A DNA stretch of 63,830 nucleotides, filler included, from Asterionella formosa (taxonomy: Eukaryota): the NCBI GenBank assembly GCA_002256025.1. It is 15 parts of 15 records of this genome, joined end to end, with 100 filler letters (N's around TTAATTAATTAA, not from the genome) between each part and the next. Parts side by side here need not be neighbours in the genome. Positions count along the whole stretch, not along the records: positions 55,437 to 59,585 come from NKIB01013678.1; positions 59,686 to 63,830 come from NKIB01013679.1; 13 more parts are not named here. The stretch is one strand, 5' to 3'. The position numbers were made by a program, and so were the translations under genes. The first letter of the stretch is position 1, and every line of letters starts with the position of its first letter. Under the pieces are notes generated by a model. It made no database searches. It was not told where the DNA came from and saw only the letters and a program-made list of their open reading frames with translations. Positions 56,714 through 63,830 of this stretch are shown here, in pieces.

Positions 56714-59545
56714 TTATTTTACGTCCAATGGGGTCATCCCTGCCTCGTCCTGGAGTTCCTCACTGACTCCCAACTTCTTCAACAGATTAATAATTTCTGT
56801 TCGGCGATACTCATGGGCCCACCACATAGGGCCGCGGCCATCCTTGCTCCGAAGGTGCGCGACCTGAGGTGCCTCAGACAACATCAGTTTCAGCGCATTC
56901 ACATCGTTTTTCTGAATAGATTCCCACAACTGAGTGGTGATTGCGTTGTTTTCCCACTCACTATTGAGAGTCGCGATTTCCTCTGCCGATAATCTAACAA
57001 TCCTTTTCACGTCTGCGTTTCTTTGAGCATCGCGGCGGGCCTTTTCTGGGTTGTTGAGATTCTCCATGTATTGTCGCTGATACTCCGAGTCGTCCTCACG
57101 GTCAATGTTGAAGTCCTCTAGCTGCTTGAAATCCTTCTTCTCTTTGAGGATTTTTTGCAAAGCTGGTGGATATTGGCCTTTACAGTACCACGAACCGGGA
57201 GCATCACAGATGCGGTTGGCTGGATCGGCAACCCAAGCCTTAGATTCCTGTGAGACCGATTGGACCTTGAAGATTCGTACTTTGCCATACTTAGTCTGGT
57301 AAACAAGCCTGAAACGATTCTTATCGGCTTCAACTCCAGGGGCCAAGCCATGAGAATGCAGGGTATACAAAAGGCTTGTCTGCATCGACGTCGTAGGCTT
57401 GCCGTCGGACCGAACACCAAAGCTATGACACGTAGGATCACCAGGGCACAAATCGCGATAGACAGAGTTGGCAATTCGTCGCATGTGCGGACTTTTGGCA
57501 AGGTCGTCTCCTCCACCACCAGTCCAAAGTAAGACATAATCAGCTAAGTGACGGGCAATTCGATGACCTTCCCTCTCGGGCGAAGTCAAGGCCTTGCCTA
57601 ACAAGGCAATATGTTCGTGATTCCAAGTATTTCCATCCGCGATGGTAGTTCGGTTTGCGATTCCGGCAATTTGATAACCATAATCCCACCAAGCCATGAC
57701 TCTAGCGTCCTTGGGTGTGTTGTCTCGTAGCCACCAGTAGGCTTGTCTATAGTCGTCAATGGTAACTTCCTCGCCCGACTGCATTCGACCCTTCTGAATG
57801 ATAGTGGGGTGCGAAAGTGCTTTCGCCAGTTGCTGGCACTTTTCCTTAAAGTCAATCACATAAGGCTGGAGCCAATACGCAAAGTACAATGTCATGAGTA
57901 ACCGAAGACCACGAACAATCAAGTTGTCTCCTTTGTTGACCGGGGTTTTGACTTCTTTGCTCCCTTTGGAGCTCTTACTGGAATTTTCCTTTATGGTTGC
58001 ATCATCGTTGTCTACGACGCTACCGACAAGCACCATTACATTAGCACGTTGGCCTAGAATGCCAGAAACTCCCCATCCGAAGACGTTACCAAGGAAAATG
58101 CCTCCCAAGACGGCTCCAATCGGGGCAGTCAGCAAAATGAGACGAACCATTTTCTGAGAGAAATAGTATGCAGCAACTGCAAATACAACCAAAAACGAAC
58201 TGGAATCATGGAACTTGAAGAGGGTTACAATCCCAAACCCCACTGGGGCTAAATAACAGATATTGTCCAAATATTGATAGTACGCATTCGGCGAAGCCGC
58301 CTGGTGCTCGGCCACAGAGTCAACCAGAGGGTTGCCTGTCTTGGTGTGTTTGACGAACAATCCACGTACTCGAGCGCTAATGGGTCCAAAATATCCCATT
58401 TGCACCAACACAAATGACAGTGCGATAGTCACCAATCCGCATACAAGGGCTGTGGCAATGCGCAATTTCCATGCGCTGATTTTGCTCAGTTTGCGTCTGC
58501 GACGTACGACTTCAGTTACCTCCAATGCCTGGAAAGCCACAAATGCCAACAATGGCCCCATTTGTTCCAATGACTTGAGAGGCGTGAACCTGACAACCGG
58601 GATAGTAGTAGCAAGGACAGTGCCGACAATGTAGAACGCAGTATAAGATTGATATAACTTGTTCGAATACCTTCCCAGCAAGACCAAAACCACCGCATGC
58701 ACTCCAATAATGTTCAATACAAAAACATATCCACCCCATGCCGCCACCATGTAAAAGTATGCCAACCCACAAACAATTCCCCAGATTAAGTTGGGGGAAT
58801 TGCCTCGCAAGGATCGCATCCAGCAATAAAAGGTAGTTGTCATGGCCGTCATTGCAACACTCTCGTTATCGTATCCACCTCCCACAGAGCGCATAATGTG
58901 TGCCGGAACAATGGCCATAATGCAAGCAGTAATGACCGCAGACTCCAAGGCAGGCGACCCAAGCGATGTACTTCCCTGTGTCGGAGGGCGGAGTCCCCAG
59001 GAACTGCCTGTGACCTTTTCAAGGATAGTCAAAAGCAAATCGACAAAAGGAAGCAGTATTTTTCTGTAGATAACAGACACGATGGGCACATCTGCCAAGA
59101 TGGACGAAAACAGCTGAGAAGATTCTCCATCATTGACAAAGGCCCCAACCGAGGCTTCGTAGGCCATCATAGCCGTTGCCAGGGTAGCCAAGACGCCGAA
59201 CCATGCTGGCACAAAGCAGCAAATGTCGTTGATGCTCCAGTCTGGCAGGATGTACTGCTTGATAAGCACCGACGTAACTTGCATTCCTGGATAAATGGTA
59301 GTTCCGACAGGTCTGCCTAGCGGGTACCAAGACTCGTAATCAAACCAGGTGGAAAAGCGTTTCCAACCGTTGCTCCAAAGATATTCCGTCGCTCTGTAGT
59401 TGAAATAGGGGTCGAACTCATGAATGACGCGGCCATACTCTTTAATGGAGAACAAGCGGATCTCGTAAGCCTCCTTGGAGGCAAGATACAAAATCTGCCC
59501 GAGGAGGATCAGGTACAGAGTTGTTGCCACGCTTGCCTTGAGCAT
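56714..59545 (-). CDS. STT3: Oligosaccharyltransferase catalytic subunit STT3 with C-terminal ankyrin repeats
   Basis: IHEFDPYFNYR, WYPLGRPVG.TIYPG, GGYDNES, SVAEHQ, DDYR.AY.WL, WWDYG, DGNTWN, DLAKSPHM; C-terminal DGRGPMWWA..GMTPLD. The true start may lie upstream of the contig end. Confidence 0.93.
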   Translation of the reverse strand: MLKASVATTLYLILLGQILYLASKEAYEIRLFSIKEYGRVIHEFDPYFNYRATEYLWSNGWKRFSTWFDYESWYPLGRPVGTTIYPGMQVTSVLIKQYILPDWSINDICCFVPAWFGVLATLATAMMAYEASVGAFVNDGESSQLFSSILADVPIVSVIYRKILLPFVDLLLTILEKVTGSSWGLRPPTQGSTSLGSPALESAVITACIMAIVPAHIMRSVGGGYDNESVAMTAMTTTFYCWMRSLRGNSPNLIWGIVCGLAYFYMVAAWGGYVFVLNIIGVHAVVLVLLGRYSNKLYQSYTAFYIVGTVLATTIPVVRFTPLKSLEQMGPLLAFVAFQALEVTEVVRRRRKLSKISAWKLRIATALVCGLVTIALSFVLVQMGYFGPISARVRGLFVKHTKTGNPLVDSVAEHQAASPNAYYQYLDNICYLAPVGFGIVTLFKFHDSSSFLVVFAVAAYYFSQKMVRLILLTAPIGAVLGGIFLGNVFGWGVSGILGQRANVMVLVGSVVDNDDATIKENSSKSSKGSKEVKTPVNKGDNLIVRGLRLLMTLYFAYWLQPYVIDFKEKCQQLAKALSHPTIIQKGRMQSGEEVTIDDYRQAYWWLRDNTPKDARVMAWWDYGYQIAGIANRTTIADGNTWNHEHIALLGKALTSPEREGHRIARHLADYVLLWTGGGGDDLAKSPHMRRIANSVYRDLCPGDPTCHSFGVRSDGKPTTSMQTSLLYTLHSHGLAPGVEADKNRFRLVYQTKYGKVRIFKVQSVSQESKAWVADPANRICDAPGSWYCKGQYPPALQKILKEKKDFKQLEDFNIDREDDSEYQRQYMENLNNPEKARRDAQRNADVKRIVRLSAEEIATLNSEWENNAITTQLWESIQKNDVNALKLMLSEAPQVAHLRSKDGRGPMWWAHEYRRTEIINLLKKLGVSEELQDEAGMTPLDVK

Positions 59546-60620
59546 GATGGTGATAGGAGCTTGATGAAAATACAATGGCAAGTCCNNNNNNNNNNNNNNN
59601 NNNNNNNNNNNNNNNNNNNNNNNNNNNNNTTAATTAATTAANNNNNNNNNNNNNNNNNNNNNNNNNNNNNNNNNNNNNNNNNNNNATAGGCAAGCAAACG
59701 AGATAGGAAAGAATCACTCTGTAACCTCATTTTTAGACAAATATATCTGCGCTCCTCATCTTTTTTATTGTATAGTTACGCACGCTTTGTTGGACATGAC
59801 ATCTGCAGCGAGTTATACTCCATGTTATCCTACTGCCCCAAACATTTGTCAAACATTCCTGTGTCTGTCATGCATTACATTTTTTCGCTTTCATAACTAA
59901 TGACAGTCACAGTTGTTTGGTTGTCTGGAAAATTCCAATATATCATGGAATTAGTTGAAGAGTCCAATTGTTACACATCGATGCGGCCAAATTTGAAACA
60001 TTTCTTCTGTTTTCTATATTTTGGGCTTGGCTTTCAAAAATAAGCAGCTAATGAGCAGCAGGAGAATCAAATCAGGATGGCTGCTCATTGGTTATGGGTA
60101 GCAATGAATTCCTACTACTCTTCTGCTTCTTAGGAATATCATGATTCCCCTAATTCAGTGATTGTGTATGATAAATACAACTATACAAAAAATTGATTGG
60201 GTTTATGTTGCTTATTTATTGATCAGCCTAATGCTGGGACTGGCAACAATCTAACAAAATGCATACAAAGTTCACAACACCAGGGGATAAATTGAATGTG
60301 GTCAAACACAAAAGGGCAAGTTTTTAATTCCTGTTACTCATTGGGTGCTCAGCAGTTACATATTGTCTAAACTAGGAGCTAATTCCCTCTATGCTCGTGG
60401 GTGCTCATCTGCAACTCTGGGTTCACAATTTTAAATTTAAGTTCCAAATCACCTGCAGTGTGGAAGCATACCAATGGGATTGCAATGGTACCATGTCTTG
60501 CTATTCCTCTGTCATGTCTAGGGTATAGTAACCATGTTAAAGTCATACCTTGGTGAACATAGTAAAAACCATTTTATTTATTTATTTATTTATTACTATA
60601 TATACCAGTATGTAAATGAA

Positions 60621-60687
60621 TGGGGAATGGCTTAGTTGGTTGAGCACCTTGCCTTTGATCTGAAGTTGCGTGGTTTGGTTCCTCCAA
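60621..60687 (+). pseudogene. tRNA-like sequence (tRNA pseudogene or SINE head)
   Basis: A box TGGCTTAGTTGG with a pairing D-stem GCTT/GAGC; decayed B box GGTTTGGTTCC; anticodon and T stems do not pair well. Confidence 0.5.
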
Positions 60688-60825
60688 TTTTTTAGAAGCA
60701 ATTGTTGAGTTCAACTCCCACACTCGTCACCATCAGTAGCGTGGGAACACACAATCTGGTTTATCTATGAACTATTTAGTGTTGAGCATGGCAGATCCTC
60801 GCCTACATGACCAATAGATTCACGT

Positions 60826-61012
60826 GGAAATGCTCTTGAGCTTGATAGTGGGCAAGCTAGAGCTGAAACGGTACAGGACTACCTCAACAACGATTCTATA
60901 GCAGTTACAACGAAGCTACTAAAACGATTTCACGCCCATCGCTGTGAAATGGACTTTGATTTCAACTTCATCATGAATGAACTCAACCAATGCAGCAAAG
61001 AGATCGGATAGT
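60826..61012 (+). pseudogene. Possible C-terminal remnant of a DDE transposase
   Basis: LLKRFHAHRCEMDFDFNFI resembles a K.HRCALDFD terminal motif I associate with diatom Tc1/IS630-like transposases; weak support. Confidence 0.3.
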
Positions 61013-63366
61013 GCAATTATTTAAATGTAAACATAAAATTTAGTCATATGCATCATCTTATTTATGTACAAAACTTTACTTAAGCTAAAATTATGTTGTA
61101 CTGGTACTTACGGTGGTTACCTAATGTAGTTTTAGGATGCACCCAGTAATAGTATTGAAATGTATATCTTCGTGCCTGCTATAGTGATTCCAATTCCAAA
61201 ATGATAAATTGTTATCTCTTCCATAATAATTTAATAAACAAACCTGGCTGGCTTGTTGTTCCCAATCATCTTTAGCTAAATCTGATTTAACCAAAAATAT
61301 TAAGACCAATCTGTTTTACTTATTGTGGCATTTGATTCCATTGATTTTGCTTTATTTTGGATTTTTCTGCGTTATGTAATAGGACTGTTTGACTGTTTAG
61401 CGTTATCCAACTTTGCTTGATGTATTTTGGCTTTACTAAGTGCTCTAAGTTGCTTTGCTTTGCTCATAAAGCAACGTTACTTACTAAGTGCATCACTATT
61501 TTAACCCAACTACCATCACAACCGCTAGTATAACGATACTACTGGTAAATAACACAAGATGACTGATGGTGAAGAAAACAATGTATTGCTTAGACGTATG
61601 GCTGGATTCATACTCACCAGGGCACTGCATCTGACGAAAAGACAGGTCCCATTGTACCATACAGACAAACAAAACCGATATTAACCGATTCCATTGATTA
61701 TGTGGACACCTGTGCGATTATTGGATAGCTTTCTTGCTAGCGTACTATAAAATTAAATTTCAATTTCAATGAGACTATGCTTAAAACAATGACATGAATA
61801 ATTGAAGCATAAGGTTTGAACAAAAGTATTTATCAACTGAGAATTTATTTATTGGTGTATTGGTAATTTGTGTAGTCGTGGAAGCCGAAAAATGGGAAGT
61901 ATGTCAAAACTGATGCCCTATTATGTGCCTGCCCTTTCCGAGTGAAATTTCTTCTGTCAGGACAATTAAAATCTTAAAACCGGCGGGGCTAGGAAGGGGC
62001 TGAGCACAACGTCAACAACAGAAAATCAACCAAATGTGGGCGCCATGGTGATTGGCAATTTGCTTATGTGAAAACTGGTATTCTCAGCCATGTGCCTACA
62101 GGAGTGTAAGTGCAAACCTTGCCAATAGTTTATCCAATACCACCACAGGTATGATATGCTTTATAATGTAGTTAGTGAACCGATATTAGTTGACAGTGGT
62201 AGAACATTGCTGGCAATCACTTTCCTTCTGTAATGAGCGATGAAGGCAAAAATGTACATATAAAGGAACAATGAAGGACTATATTTTTCTAGTTTAAGCA
62301 AAAAATGAATGAAAAACTATGTTTGTACTAGTTTGAGCCAAACATTTCTTAACGTAAATTAGCTTTATCTACTAGGTTTGCTGAATGTAGATTTGCTTTA
62401 TGTTTTTTGCTTAAAGGACAAGATAATTTAAAATTTTTAAAAATATTGTATTTTTACTATGAATTTGAAGACTTCACATAGATGCACATTCTAGACAGTC
62501 CCCAGAAGAGATGATACAAATAATTGGGCTGCTGAGATAGAAAATTCGCTCTGCTAAGAAGTTTAAGCGTTTGAGCCACCTTCAGAGCACTACTTGCTGA
62601 AACGCTAGTAGGGCTCTTGCTTAATGGCTGCTGCAGACTGGCTGTACCAGTTTTGATTGAATAAAAGGTCGTCGTTGAATGAGAGTTGCAGTGTAAATGT
62701 CTTTTTCCTGCAGAAGTGTGTTGTACTTGTCTGAGACAATGATGGGTTTGAAATGTTTGCTGATTGTATTGTGGAGTGTGCTCATGAATGCAATGAACAG
62801 GAATATTCCCCAACAGCAACATTGAGTTGCTTGCGTTGACAAGGGTGTTGGCCAACTTATCATCCATACTTGGACGATATTTAATGTTCCTTTGAAATTG
62901 GTTTTAGACATAAAGAGATGTAAATGACACTTAAATTTTAAAGTATTGGAAATTTTGATGTATCATTGCGAAATTGATAATTCTCTATTCCACACAAGCT
63001 GATGAGGGAATGAGGATTGACAGTTTCCTATCAAACCAACTTGAAAGCGGAGGTCAGTTGTATGATTGTTTCACTTCTCAAATGTGGCTACAAAAGGGCT
63101 TATGATTGGTGCTCAAACACTTGATCCTCTGTAAATGGAAGCGAACTGTGAAATCATGTCGCTGGTGTTCAATTTGCGCTTCTGACGTTCAAAGTTGCTA
63201 CAGTTCCCCAGGACAACAAAAATAGCCAATCATACAGACAATTTTAAAGAGTGAATTGATGAAGTTTTTTATGTAAATAAACGCCTGTCCTGCGTCACGT
63301 TATCAATTTCAGCAAAATGACCGCAGCTTGTTGGTACCACCTGGGTACCCTGGTATATATATACCG

Positions 63367-63455
63367 GCAAGTTGCGGTAATTTTGATGATCTAAAGATTT
63401 AGTTTTCTTTATCCTAGATGGAATTGTTGATTTAAGCAAAATGACCGCAACTTGC
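63367..63455. mobile_element. MITE-like inverted-repeat element, copy C (plus a half copy at 63311-63330)
   Basis: GCAAGTTGCGGTAATTTTGAT...AGCAAAATGACCGCAACTTGC. Confidence 0.8.
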
Positions 63456-63635
63456 GTAACCTGTCATTTTTAGTACTGGTAGCTTACCGGTACATTTTAT
63501 GTCGCTCACACCTGATGAATCGTTTTTTGCTGATGATGGTTCCAGCTATTTCCTGTGCTATATGCACGTATCATCAACGAACGAAGATGACGACGGCATT
63601 GCAGAATTTCAAACACATCAGGACGAAGGCTGCAG

Positions 63636-63830
63636 ATGAGCCTGTACACCGCTTCTCGAGCAGGATGTCGTCCAATAATCCAAAAGATACAATATTTCAC
63701 TATTAGTCAGCGATATTTGGCAGGTGGATCCAAACTGACAGCAAACAACAAGCAGCAAGGAAACAGAAACGCTCGCCGAATAGAGGGACGTGCTTCAAAC
63801 AAATCACCTAGATCTACTCCAAGAGATTTA
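63636..63830 (+). CDS. Possible gene 5' end with mitochondrial-type presequence, truncated by window end
   Basis: MSLYTASRAGCRPIIQKIQYFTISQRYLAGGSK... is open to the end; the N-terminus is Arg/Ser-rich and lacks acidic residues. Confidence 0.4.
   Translation, partial: MSLYTASRAGCRPIIQKIQYFTISQRYLAGGSKLTANNKQQGNRNARRIEGRASNKSPRSTPRDL

Noticed and set aside
62457..62911. Overlapping minus-strand ORFs in contig 15
   Set aside because: Short, frameshifted and without recognisable motifs; probably decayed repeat sequence.

Overview
Eukaryotic nuclear DNA, almost certainly from a diatom and possibly an araphid pennate. The evidence is short GT-AG introns, bipartite signal-peptide+'AF' plastid presequences, CoDi-type copia elements and a stramenopile-type Crypton. 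The window is not a contiguous locus. It is 15 unplaced contigs sorted by decreasing length (4180, 4178, 4174, 4174, 4166, 4166, 4164, 4162, 4158, 4158, 4154, 4152, 4150, 4149, 4145 bp) and joined by 14 artificial 100-bp linkers (N44-TTAATTAATTAA-N44). Neighbourhood across a linker therefore means nothing. Host genes include PAN3, a MOT2/MFSD5 transporter, a plastid-targeted MoeZ/ThiF-rhodanese, a COG0523 GTPase, an STT3-ankyrin fusion, a CGL160/AtpI-guanylate-kinase-like fusion, TLDc, HA-domain, NDUFA8-like and alpha/beta-hydrolase proteins, a frameshifted DUF1647-like gene, and a partial CHAT-STAND NTPase-UVR-like protein. There are many transposon pieces: copia/CoDi, a TRIM, pogo, Kolobok/Mutator-like, Crypton, piggyBac-like, a CACTA/Plavaka-like end and a 3-copy MITE. 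The most interesting signals are: (1) a TRIM with a tRNA-like internal region, fused to a copia 3' end; (2) a pervasive quasi-palindromic TACC(A/T)GG/GGTACC motif clustered in intergenic DNA of most contigs; (3) an NLR-like caspase-family protease-STAND protein; (4) a CoDi gag-pol junction with a single in-frame amber codon followed by a hydrophobic segment; (5) six tandem PAM2-like repeats in PAN3. All family calls come from recognising motifs by eye; no searches were run.
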